Positions 27,044-38,315 of a stretch of 64,000 nucleotides of DNA are shown piece after piece. Position numbers and translations under genes: made by a program. The DNA comes from Basidiobolus meristosporus CBS 931.73 (lineage: Eukaryota; Fungi; Basidiobolomycota): NCBI GenBank assembly GCA_002104905.1, contig MCFE01000387.1, forward strand, positions 19,321-83,320. The letters are read 5' to 3'. Position 1 is the stretch's first letter. Every line of letters begins with the position of its first letter. The notes under the pieces are model-generated. The model worked only from the letters and a program-made list of their open reading frames with translations, made no database searches and was not told where the DNA came from.

Positions 27044-28508
27044 ATGTCAACCGTCAACTTTAAAAAGGTGCTAGCTGATCTTCAAACGCAAGAAGGGAAC
27101 AAGGTATTACTATGTCTACTTGCCATTTTTCGTAGGCCATCTTGCTTACGTTTGACTCAAATAGAATTGCATTGACTGTGGAGCTCCCAACCCACAATGG
27201 GCTTCAGTGACCCTAGGGATCTTCTTTTGTCTAGAGTGCTCTGGTGTTCATCGCTCTCTAGGCGTGCACATCAGGTAGTTTTTTAATGAGTTTGTTGTAG
27301 TAGCCATACATTAACAAAGAACAGCTTTGTCCGCTCTGTAACTATGGATAAATGGTCAAAGGAACAGTTGAAGCGTATGGAGGTACAGTTACTTTCAGTG
27401 AGACTTTGAAGTTCACCTTCACTCAATGGGTGCCTTTTAGTTGGGTGGAAATAAGAGAGCCTTAGAGTTTTTCGAGAGCCAACCTGATTATCGCGAGGGA
27501 ATGTCAATTCGCGATAAATACACGAGTCATTTTGCCGATCTGTACCGTGAGAAGGTATTTGCTAAGGAATGTTTAAGGATGTTCGTACGATTAGAGTATT
27601 GAGTGTTTTTGTAGCTTTCAGCAGAATGCGAAGGTCGTAAATTCAGCGTATCGTCAGCTCCAGTTTCTCGTTCAGCCTCACCACGAATTGCGAGCAAAAA
27701 GCAAACAGCAACTTCACCAAAGCTAGGACATTCACAGCGTTCATTTTCGAGCTCCTCTTTCAATAGTAATCCTGCTAGCGAGGTGGAGCAAAGCGATTAC
27801 TCTCAGAAGTCAAAGAATGAGGACTACTTTGCTCGCATGGGAATGCTTAATGAGAGTCGTCCTGATAACCTGCCTCCTAGTCAGGGCGGTAAATATGGTG
27901 GGTTTGGGAATTCCGCATACCAACCAGTCGATAGATCTACTTCAATGAACCCTCAAGATATTCTTGCAGACCCTATGAGCTATCTCTCGAAGGGTTGGTC
28001 TATGCTATCAGTTGGGGCATCGACTCTTGCCTCCGAGGGGGCTAAGCTTGCCGCCGTTGGTGCAGAAAAATTGCAAGAGCAAGTGCTTAAGCCAGCCACA
28101 GAGACTGTCACTGATCCCGATTTTACGAGAAATGTATCCAACTATGTGTCTACTTTTGGCCGAACTGTAACTGAGACCGGATCTCGCGGTATCTCAATGT
28201 TTTCTGATTATGTTAATTCAGTCTCTCAAGGAGGACAGAGATCAACCAGCTCTTACGAGTATTCAAACCCTAATGAGAGCCATGATTATGATTCGTATCA
28301 GAGCCAGTCGAGGAATAATTACGATCCTAACCCTAGCTACAACTCCAATACTCATGATGAACCAAACAATGAAAACCACGGCTTACTGACCTCTAAAAGT
28401 AGCAGCAGTCCTCGTGCAGGCGCAGCCCGACTTTCACCTAGAGCTAGAAAGAAGACCCCCGTCAACAAGAATGATAGCTGGGATAATGAAGAATGGTCGT
28501 CATTCTAA
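27044..28508 (+). CDS. GCS1: ArfGAP1/Gcs1-like ADP-ribosylation factor GTPase-activating protein, multi-exon
   Basis: Spliced [46 protein letters not shown] zinc finger; [10 protein letters not shown]...[13 protein letters not shown]; KGWS ALPS-like region. Confidence 0.9.
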
Positions 28509-28955
28509 GGCATCATTTTATCTCGCTGCAAGATGAGCAACCCCGTTTTTTCATTTCTTTTCTTATGTTTGTGTTGGGCAAATATCCACCAATTTGATAC
28601 CAGCGAGCATTTACCTGACTTTTTATGTAAGTTCCGAATACACACACTACTTCCCTGGGCCACAACTATATTTACCTCGTTATTGTTTGTAAAATTGTAT
28701 TAATCTATTTAAAAGCCATTTGGTTCCAGTAATCATTGCTTTACAATCTCCTAATAAATGATAGTGTTTGGGTAAGTGGGATTTTCTAGATCAGGGCCTA
28801 GCCTAACAGTGACTAAATTTCGAAGTCAATAGTGTTGCTCCACTAATGATTATTCAAGCAATAATGAATTTTTTGGGATAGTTACCGATTACTGATATCA
28901 TATCGTTCTTTCAAACGAATTTGTAGGTTTCGTTTCATCATTCTCTATAGCTGTT

Positions 28956-29497
28956 ATGCTTACTACCTCCAAACCCCTTGACTCTCAGTTAACTCCTGAG
29001 AATTGGGAGGCTCCTTTGTTAACCTGGGAACTGATTCGGAATCGTATTGGTAGTGTCTAGTATTTTTCATCTCACTGAGTGCACTTGAGCTTAGTATTAT
29101 TTCTGTAGAGACCGATTCAGTCCATCTACTACGTCGCTCGCTAAATGCCGAAAGAAAATACCGTGACTGGATTGTGAAAATTAAGGAGGAATATGGGAGC
29201 ACAGATGTGTATGTCCAACAGGTTGCCCTTGGTTGGCAGGATTCCGAGGGACGTACAGTAAAGGGACCTGACTATAAGTTTGTTCCGAACGACTTCCCTT
29301 ATAATATGGAGGAAGGCCTAAGCCATTGGGTATTCTGGTATCGGAAAGACTACTCTTTGGAGGACATAAAGAGAATCTTACAGCATGAGCTACCCGGCAA
29401 AGAATTCCAGTTTTTCATTAATCCCAAAGCTAGACAATCTGTCAAAACTGTTTCTCATGCACATGTCATGTTCAGAGAGAAAACTGCCGAAGAGTAG
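28956..29497 (+). CDS. DUF3605/GIG1-like HIT-related protein, 1 intron
   Basis: LTWELIRNRI...LRRS...YRDW, FVPNDFPYNMEEGLSHWVFW, FINPKARQSVKTVSHAHV pattern. Confidence 0.7.
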
Positions 29498-29807
29498 GTA
29501 CCTGGTCTATTGAGCTCCACTCCACTGAATATGTATATGTATATAGTCGTGTATCATACAGATAATATACCGACATCATAATACATTGTAGTGTATTGCC
29601 AGGTTGAGCTCGACACATCTTAAACATTAATAAAACACTGATGATTAAAGTAAAACCAAAATTCCACGATCATCCAAGGAAATTTCTGGGAAGTGAATAT
29701 TGGCTATGGCGCAAATCGGTAAATCGTCGAATCTAGACAGTGTGATATTAAAGGAAAGTTGCTTCTAATGTCCTTGGTCCCACTCAACTTGGTCTTTCTT
29801 TTGCAGT

Positions 29808-30522
29808 ATGCCAGAAACAAGAGTGCTTTTCGTGTGCCTTGGTGGGTGTTTTTATTGTTTCTAGCTATATGTTTAGTTTTTAATTCTTCTTCTCAGGCAA
29901 CATATGTCGCTCACCCATGGCCGAGGCGGTGTTTGCACACACCGTAAAATCAAAGGGCCTAGGTGACAAATTCTTTATCGATAGTGCCGGTACTGCAGCT
30001 TATCATGTCTGGATATTTCTTAAAAACCGAATTTTGTTAAGCAAATAATTGACACTGACGAGACAGGTTGGAGAAACTCCTGATTCAAGATCGGCTGCAA
30101 CTTGTAGAAAGCACGGAGTTCCAGTTAACTCACGGGCTAGACAAGTTAGTGACACTATTTTTGCCGTGTTTTCGAAGATCCCTAGGGTTAACCAATTAAC
30201 TTCTATAGGTGAGCGCGAAGGATTATACTGACTTTGATTACATCCTGTGCATGGACGAATCCAACCTGGCCAATTTGAAGGCGCGCAAACCCAAAAACTC
30301 AAAGGCTACAGGTAATCTTATATAGAAAAGCTTCCTATATCACAAGGTACCAGTTAGTTCTAATACCCTTGTCTACACACAGTTGAGATGTTTGGTCGAT
30401 TTGACCCTGAGGGCGAGTTGGTTATTGAGGATCCTTACTACGGAGGTCAAGATGGCTTCGAACACAACTTTAGACAGGTCACTCGCTGCTCTCTGGGTTT
30501 CTTGAAGAGCTTAGGGTATTAG
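29808..30522 (+). CDS. LTP1: Low-molecular-weight protein tyrosine phosphatase, multi-exon
   Basis: VLFVCLGNICRSPMAEAVF (CX5R), IDSAGTAAYHVG, FDYILCMDESN, IEDPYYGG. Confidence 0.95.
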
Positions 30523-30615
30523 GGCTTTTAGATTATTTATTTATCATCCATTATGCATACAAGCTTGAAAATGCAAATAAAGTACGTCTAGTGTCTATAT
30601 GCTCTGGTGGGCGTC

Positions 30616-32406
30616 TCAAACTGACAATAGTTTCAGAATGTAAACAAGTGCACCCACCATGGTGAACATTCCAAATAAATATTGGAAGACCAATATAGTG
30701 GCCACTTCTTTAGCCTCACCGGTTGGGCTAAAAAACTGCGACAAAATCATTATCGAGGTTGCAGTAGGTACACAGGATGCAAACATGGCCAGGAAACGCA
30801 ATGGCTTGTCCTCCACGGGGATCCAGTGTATCGTGTAAGTAAGAAATTGAATGGTTAGAATCCCGATTATAGGCGTGATGATTAACTTCACCACGACGAA
30901 AGATAGCGAAATATACAGCGGTATCGCGTCAATACTGAATTTTGCTAATGCTCCGCCCAAGTTGGCTAACGACAAAGGCAAGTAGGCCGAGCCTATCATC
31001 GAGATAACCTCGAACAAGAATTCTAGCGGTGGCTCGAATGGACTGTTGGGGGTTTCTCTAATCCACATACGTTTCAAAATCGGTATTAGCCCGATCACTA
31101 TCCCCGCGATCACTGCGATGTTGGGTGGTGAAAAGATGACCGACAAAATGTCAACCATGCGAGTGCTTAGCTTCGCTGAGCGTGGTGGCATTGCCTTATC
31201 AAAGTCTGTTATACCACTAAAGGTGGTCCGTGTGCGTATTGGGTGCCCTATCACACTTGGATCAAGACCCTCCTCTTCACTGATGACATGGAAGCTGGAA
31301 ATAGTGGTGCATGTTCTTTTGAGATTTCCCGGTACACTGATTGGGTTCGTTAGTATACTGCTGTTGGAGTATTTTCGACTAATAGGAATGTTAGCCGGTT
31401 CTGATGAATGTCGTATCATCGGTTGTCTGGTGGAGATACACTTGGAGCTCTCCGTATCGCTGAAAGTTACTCTGGAGCATCTTCGTTTACTGGAGGGCTC
31501 CGAATATGTTGGGGGACCCATTTTCTCACACGAAGGGTATCCTTGCGCCATGTCATCAGTATCCATCTTGTCTAGCGTGGCGGTCCGGCCCTCCTCATCC
31601 AACTCTGCGTCTTTATAATCATGTTCTACCAATTTGTATCCCCCTAGTGTGAACAGACTGAGATTGAACAGCATGATCAGGACTGACATGTAGGCAACCC
31701 CGATGGAGCTATCCCCTGGCTTGAAAGGCGGACTGTCTCCCACTGAAACCATTACCGCCAAAGGCAGATCGCCCTATCAAATCATCGTCAGGAAAATAGA
31801 AGAAACGGTATATCAATGATGGAATTATACCCAGTTAGCCCAAATCGACGCCGCTTTGAAGACAAAAGTCGGTTACTAGCACAGTTGAATTGTAGGGGGT
31901 TGAATGATTTACCAACAAAGCCATTCCGAAAGTTCTTTGGCAATGGCACAAAGGATTTATAGGCCAGACCAAACACTCCCCCTAGGAAGATATAGAACAG
32001 CACCACGCAGGCCAACATTCTTTCGCTTAGTTAGCTGCGGCTCAATGTCGAAGTGGGCTTGTAAAAGCTCTTACCCCATTTGTGAGAGATTGTCTACATT
32101 TATGCTGGTCACCATTTTTGAGAACAGCAAGCATGGTAGCAAGAAGTTGACAATGATCTGGTTCAACCCAAGTTAGCCTATATCAACGAGGAGGTAGATT
32201 GGACTGGCTACCTTTGACAATCCCTTTGATGTAACCGGATTCAGAATACCACTTCTCGCCAGAAACACGCCAAAACCTACATTCGAATCTGTACAGTATT
32301 TGAGCCGGCATATATGCTTCTACATATTCTTACCAACATTGATTACTAGCTTTAATATGGGTTTCAGAGCTATCCAGACTATATTCAACGTGTTAGTAGC
32401 GGACAT
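30616..32406 (-). CDS. Auxin-efflux-carrier/PIN-LIKES (ECM3-like) membrane transporter, multi-exon
   Basis: MSATNTLNIVWIALKPILKL start; GDLPLAVMVSV, G(V)AY, long cytosolic loop, FSPPNIA, GSAYLPLSLANLGG, CVPTATS, FQY motifs. Confidence 0.85.
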
Positions 32407-32870
32407 GATCTCAACTCCGCCCTTGTTCAGATGAAAGAAACCAGCAAACAATAGAAAGGCTGCTTTCTTATATTTGCAGGTACGGTAGATCATGATTAAA
32501 CATCGTTTCAAGAAGAGCACTCGCTATTGTTGTCACCCAGTGATCGTAAATCATTTCGTCCCCTCCTAAGCTTTAGGGCGACGATGGAGGATGGGGATGG
32601 GGGATTGGAAACAATAGACCCATACTTCACTCATCATGCGCTTTGCCACACTGCCCTGGGATGACACATATATTTGAAACAGACATAATAAGTGGCAAAG
32701 TCATTTGTAATTTACTAGTAGACAACCTAGATGGATACAGACCATCCAGTGGGTAATTAATGTAGTGGATCTTCCAAACAGTCCTTGATCAACAAGTGCA
32801 TATTCAGGCCGAAAAAAAATACAAAAAAGAAAGGAGCGTGACATTATACTAGAAAGCACGACAACGTTGA

Positions 32871-33140
32871 TTACATCGCAAGACTGCTTGAGGATCGGTC
32901 GCCCCGGGGAGTGTTCGCTCTTGCCATATATTCCTCGAGTCGCATCGACAAATCCACCATGGAAGGCTTGTTATGGATGTGTTGACGTCTGTTATTGAGG
33001 CAAAAATTCTTCGCCTGCTCCATGTTCCTTCGATGTTGGATTCTTCTAAGAGGGGTATATGTGTTGTTCGTTCTTTGCGATAGCAGAAGGAAATATCTTT
33101 GGGCGTTATCGAGAAAGTGGCGCGTTATTTTATCGTCCAT
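32871..33140 (-). CDS. Hypothetical 89-aa basic protein
   Basis: ATG-initiated ORF only; no recognised domain. Confidence 0.3.
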   Translation of the reverse strand: MDDKITRHFLDNAQRYFLLLSQRTNNTYTPLRRIQHRRNMEQAKNFCLNNRRQHIHNKPSMVDLSMRLEEYMARANTPRGDRSSSSLAM

Positions 33141-33713
33141 AATAGTAAGGTGTTAAGTGAATTATGCGGGTTCGTTTATTTGATTTGCCGTGGCAAAGGA
33201 TTCTGGATATGACCTTGGCGGTTTGTTCCCTTCGAAGAGATTTTATATTGACTTGAAACTTCGTCTTGGGACTATCTCACTAATCGGCTAACCCTAACCG
33301 AGCCGTTTCTCAAGTGAAGTCTAATCCCATTGGCTGAATTCCTACAGTGAACTGATGTTATCTCTCAGCCTAATACTGAAATCCGGACCATGCCGGTTTT
33401 AAACTTGCCAAGCGATAGAGAAAGTCGATGAATTCCACATGGAGCCATTGATTTTGTCGATACTTTCAATACGTGTATTCTATCTTGTAACCTTCTTAAT
33501 TTTTCTTATGGCAATTCAACTTTTTTGTTCCCACATTGAATTCCCCCCCAAAACAACTACTTGTATTGGCCATTTCTACCATCACAAATTCACCCACAAA
33601 TGACTGCCCATGATTTCTCCGGAAGTTGGCCAGGTTACTCACCCAGGTCCCCTAGCCCTAAATCCTCGACCATGAAGGTGGAGAAACTTGTAATCTTATG
33701 ATTACCAAGGCGT

Positions 33714-33922
33714 CTAAGCCACCAAATGATACCACTGCTGTCAAATAAATTACCACACGAAATATCTACCCAATTTGAAAATTCCGTCTCTAGAAAATCC
33801 CGAAAACCTTACCAAACTCACTAGTATAGGCAGAATTATGGTTAGATAGCCCAAGGAGGTTTGATAATCGCGTAGATTCAGTCAGTGGCTTAGATGCCTA
33901 CTATGTTGCAAGCAGTATAAAA
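33714..33922 (+). promoter_or_regulatory. Promoter of solo repeat gene: two CTAAGCCAC sites (33714-33722; 33885-33893 reversed) and TATAAAA (33916-33922)
   Basis: Motifs read directly; the same motif/TATA arrangement precedes the paralogs at 56-63 kb. Confidence 0.65.
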
Positions 33923-33987
33923 GTATCCACCTTAGTCCTTGAAAAAGTGTGCTCAACTTCGCATTGAAGAAATCCTCCTTTGAAAAC

Positions 33988-35037
33988 ATGTCCTACAACC
34001 GCTCACCTCTTTCCCGTTCTCGCCAAAACGTTGGAAACAACTACGATGAGGAGCAGAACCGTAATCAAAATCGCTATGGTCGTGGATTAGGTCGTCAGTA
34101 CGACAATGAATATGAGCAATATCCTCGCAGCGGTCGCTATGGTCGCAACTTGGGTCGCCAATATGAGGATGAGGAAGAGCAAGAATATCCTCGTAGCCGT
34201 CGCTATGGCCGCGGCTTCGGTCGTCAGTATGAGGATGAGGAGCAAGAATATCCCCGCAGCCGTCGCTATGGCCGTGGATTTGGTCGCCAATATGAGGATG
34301 AGGAACAAGAATATCCTCGTAGCCGTCGTTATGGCCGCGGTTTCGGTCGTCAGTATGAGGATGAGGAACAAGAATATCCCCGCAGCCGTCGCTATGGCCG
34401 TGGCTTAGGTCGCCAATATGAGGATGAGGAGCAAGAATATCCTCGTAGCCGCCGCTATGGTCGTGGCTTTGGACGTCAATATGAGGATGAGGAGCAGGAA
34501 TATCCCTACAGCCGCCGCTATGGCCGTGGACTTGGTCGCCAATACGAGGATGAGGAGCAAGAATATCCCTACAGCCGCCGCTATGGCCGTGGACTTGGTC
34601 GCCAGTACGAGGATGAGGAGCAAGAATATCCCTACAGCCGCCGCTACGGTCGTGGCTTTGGACGTCAATATGAGGATGAGGAGCAAGAATACCCCTACAG
34701 CCGCCGCTATGGCCGTGGACTTGGTCGCCAATACGAGGATGAGGAACAAGAGTATCCTCGTAGCCGCCGCTATGGCCGTGGCTTTGGACGTCAATATGAG
34801 GATGAGGAGCAAGAATATCCCTACAGCCGCCGCTATGGCCGTGGCTTAGGTCGCCAATATGAGGATGAGGAGCAAGAATATCCTCGTAGCCGCCGCTACG
34901 GTCGTGGCTTAGGTCGCCAATATGAGGATGAGGAGCAAGAGTATCCCCGCAACCGTCGCTATGGCCGTAATCTGGGCCGCCAGTACGAAGGTGAGGAGCA
35001 ATACCCCCGTAACCGCCCATACGGCCGCCAATACTAG
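33988..35037 (+). CDS. Tandem-repeat Y/G/R/E-rich disordered protein, 349 aa, 15 units of ~21 aa
   Basis: ATG 66 nt after the TATA box. Units YGRG[FL]GRQYEDEEQEYP[RY]SRR differ mainly at third codon positions, which supports this frame. Confidence 0.85.
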   Translation: MSYNRSPLSRSRQNVGNNYDEEQNRNQNRYGRGLGRQYDNEYEQYPRSGRYGRNLGRQYEDEEEQEYPRSRRYGRGFGRQYEDEEQEYPRSRRYGRGFGRQYEDEEQEYPRSRRYGRGFGRQYEDEEQEYPRSRRYGRGLGRQYEDEEQEYPRSRRYGRGFGRQYEDEEQEYPYSRRYGRGLGRQYEDEEQEYPYSRRYGRGLGRQYEDEEQEYPYSRRYGRGFGRQYEDEEQEYPYSRRYGRGLGRQYEDEEQEYPRSRRYGRGFGRQYEDEEQEYPYSRRYGRGLGRQYEDEEQEYPRSRRYGRGLGRQYEDEEQEYPRNRRYGRNLGRQYEGEEQYPRNRPYGRQY

Positions 35038-35742
35038 GCGATCTTATCATATTGCCAACGTAAGAAAACCCCGTTATATAACTATTGTACCTAACTAAGC
35101 TTTTTTATCAAAACGGTAACGGTAACTGTTCATTCGAGATAAAATAAAATCCCAAAAAACCAATTCTGCCCGGGTCCTAGCAACTGATTTTCCACATCTT
35201 CACCGATTCCTAGACCGCAAACAGATTAGCATTGCATGTGCATGCCTTATCTAATCATCTAAGGAACCGTGAATTGGCAAATAGCGGTAAATCCACCATA
35301 CCTAGCTGTAATGAGCTGTCAAATAACCATCCACTCCGGTATGTCGGAATATAGGCTATTTCCATTAACAGAGCCTCTGTAGCTAGAATGGTACTGTTTC
35401 AAAAATTCCCATACATACCTCCAGGAATGATTCGGTATAATAGTTCATCTATATTCCGATATTCAGTTCAAAGGAAATGACATGCAAGAAACACTGTAAT
35501 TTGGCTTGCGCTTAACAACATAGGTATCTTGGATGACAAGATCATTCGAAACAAATGAATTATACAAGGAAACGGAGTTGTTTATTTGCTCCGTTGTGGA
35601 TTTCTCATTGAACATTAGTTATTATGGATAAATAAACTGGAAAAATAATAAGTACAAGCAGGCAGAAGAAGGTCACATCGCAAGCAATTATAGCTCTATG
35701 CTGGGACAAAACGATATCTATGTATAATCCACGCTACTGTCC

Positions 35743-35991
35743 TCACGCTTCAGCCATTTGTGGAACGGAGGTGCGATTCATCAAAAGAGAGTAGAGGTCC
35801 TTCGAAAGGACTGGCTTTCTTACTATGTGGGTGTGCTTTTCTCGAACCATTGGCACACCTCCAAGGTGAATATTTCGAAGTGATTTGACAGAACCATGTG
35901 GGAATTGCGGATTGGACTGGGAAGAAACCTGGCTTGGTAGGTTACTTGGCTGGGTGTCAAGCGTATTAGCGTCCGAAGAGAAAGGTGCCAT
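35743..35991 (-). CDS. Hypothetical 82-aa protein
   Basis: ATG-initiated ORF with a TTTATATAAA box ~75 nt upstream (36063-36072); no recognised domain. Confidence 0.4.
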   Translation of the reverse strand: MAPFSSDANTLDTQPSNLPSQVSSQSNPQFPHGSVKSLRNIHLGGVPMVREKHTHIVRKPVLSKDLYSLLMNRTSVPQMAEA

Positions 35992-37303
35992 TGAGATATT
36001 ATTATAAGTTTAGGTTGTAATATACAGTGATATGAGCGATGCGAACTTCGAGGCCAGGCAGGATTTATATAAACCTCAGTGCACCCGCGGGTAGAGCTGT
36101 ACCGTCCAATCAACTTTCAATGTCTCACATTCTACATTGAGCAATTGTTCTAAATATAGTAATAGAAGTGTCACCACCAAAAGTATTACGGATACACGGA
36201 TGTGATTCTGGAGAATTTTACTACGATTTATACCAGTTCATGCAACCTGGCTTCAGTAACTAGGTTCCATTTTTCCCGTTCTACAATTGTAATAACGAGA
36301 CAATCGCGACGTAGATGTTACCGAACGAAGGTAAAACCACACAATCACACTTCCGTGTCCTTCATAATCACATTAAATCACATATATGTAAGGGTAGTGA
36401 CTGTAGTGTAGTGGTAATGTGTATACCGTTTGTTGAAGTTTTTAAGGTTTTCAAGATTTTTGGTTACTTTAGGAATATCAAACCGGTACTGACGAATCCC
36501 TCAGATCGCTGGATAATGCGATCATTTAATGGAATACTTCCAAATGTGTGCATTGCCCGTTACAATATGATGGTTACTTTGATAAAAACCAAACTCATTA
36601 TGCTAGGTGTTGTGTATGGAAGCTAGCCCTTTCGTATCGTTTTTTAGCAGACATAATTCAGCTCATATGCTTATCAGCTGATCATTAGAAATTAGACCCA
36701 ACTTACGTATAATAAAATAGAACGACTGTTTCATGATGGTGCTAATTTAGGAGGCACTTGTGCCTGGCAGCATGCACTTTTTCCAGTGTCTTTTCCAACA
36801 TGTGGCTTTAACACACATCTATTTATATTTATAAAAGCTTATTTAGCCGCAAGTCATGATTTTCATATGTCGGGCAGATAATAAAAGCCTATAATTCGCA
36901 AGGCAAACCATTGGTCAACAAGTCGCTTCTCCTCAGCCAATATTGAACGCATTCGTTCATATTCTATTTAATCATCTTGATTAGCATTTGAATCAAAGTA
37001 TGATTAGATTCGCTATCCCTCTCAGCATCCGCTGCTAAGCCAAGAAATCCGGAAATTGTATCTCTGGTAGAAAGATTTTCTTCGATCTTTAGGGCCAAAT
37101 AATTTTTGGAGAATCATTCCAATGAATTCGGTAGATAGTCACGTGTCGATGCGAGACGATTAACCAATCAAGTCTCGTGTAATCAATACAAAGTGAGGAC
37201 GTTCAAATGCAGGTTCAATCCTTTTCCGTTAACTCTCTTCGCCTGTGGTATCAGACGTTAGTTAATTGCTCATCAGCAATAGAGGAAACTTACACTATCC
37301 AAT

Positions 37304-38315
37304 ATGGCCGCACAAATTTCCAAGAAAAGAAAGGTAACTAATCATTCACAACCCCCTCCACTTGGATGGATGGCACAGAGAAGCACGATTGGATTCACCC
37401 ATCCTTTCGAACATCGGCCATTGTCATAATGATGAGATTTTGATTTCTGACACCTCTTGTTTGAATGCCTGCCTTCGGGAATGTGGCATAATGCACTGAA
37501 TTTTATTTATATCTCTGATATGACATTATACATCCAATCCTTACCTCAACCGCCACTTTATCACACAAGGAATCCGCTTTACTAATTGATCTGTCGTTTA
37601 GTTCATCGCTGATGGTGTTTTCTATGCCGAACTTAACGAGTTCTTCACCCGCGAGCTCGCCCAAGAAGGTTACTCCGGTGTCGAAGTTCGTGTCACCCCT
37701 GCCCGTACCGAAGTCATCATCCGTGCCACCCGTACTCAAGATGTTCTCGGAGAGAAGGGACGTCGTATTCGTGAATTAACTGCCGTCGTTCAAAAGCGTT
37801 TCAACTTCCCCGAAAACACTGTCGAGCTTTATGCCGAACGTGTTGCTAACCGCGGTCTCTGCGCCATCGCCCAATGCGAAGCTGTTCGTCACAAGTTGCT
37901 CGCTGGTCTTGCCGTTCGTCGTGCTGCCCACTCTGTTCTTCGTTTCGCTTTGGAATCCGGAGCCAAGGGTGCTGAGGTTGTCATCTCCGGTAAGCTTCGC
38001 GCTGCCCGTGCCAAGGCCATGAAGTTCGCCGATGGTTTCATGATTCACTCTGGTCAACCCGTTCGCGACTACATTGACACTGCTGTTCGTCACGTTCATC
38101 TTCGTCAAGGTGTTCTTGGTATTAAGGTCAAGATCATGTTGGATTGGGATCCTTCTGGCAAGATTGGACCTAAGAACCCTCTTCCTGATATGATCACTGT
38201 GATGGAACCCAAGGAGGAAGCTCGCATCACTGAACCTATCTCTGAAGATTTCCAAAAGAAGGTCGAAGCACCTGTTGAGCCCGAGGTCGCTGAACAAGCC
38301 ACTGAAGCCCAATAA
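37304..38315 (+). CDS. RPS3: 40S ribosomal protein S3 (uS3); intron 37334-37601
   Basis: [10 protein letters not shown]|[33 protein letters not shown]...[23 protein letters not shown]. Confidence 0.98.
37423..37524 (+). ncRNA. Intronic box C/D snoRNA in RPS3 intron 1
   Basis: GTCATA-ATGATGA (C box 37429-37435) ... CTGA (D' 37447-37450) ... CTGA (D 37515-37518)-TATGAC with a perfect 6-bp terminal stem; internal CC-TTCG-GG hairpin; ends ~57 nt before the branch point. Confidence 0.85.

Noticed and set aside
34075-35030. 63-bp tandem repeats as a possible CRISPR array or noncoding satellite
   Set aside because: No unique spacers, no cas genes, eukaryotic context, and repeats maintain a protein frame.
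33953-35050. Long antisense and alternate-frame ORFs over the solo repeat gene (His-rich 365 aa; ILILT/MRMR repeats)
   Set aside because: Stop-free frames are a by-product of the repeat. The TATA box, ATG and synonymous variation support only the YGRG frame.
37361-37412. GGATGG/CCATCC hairpin followed by ACA in RPS3 intron 1 as an H/ACA RNA
   Set aside because: Only one weak hairpin, with no H box or second hairpin.
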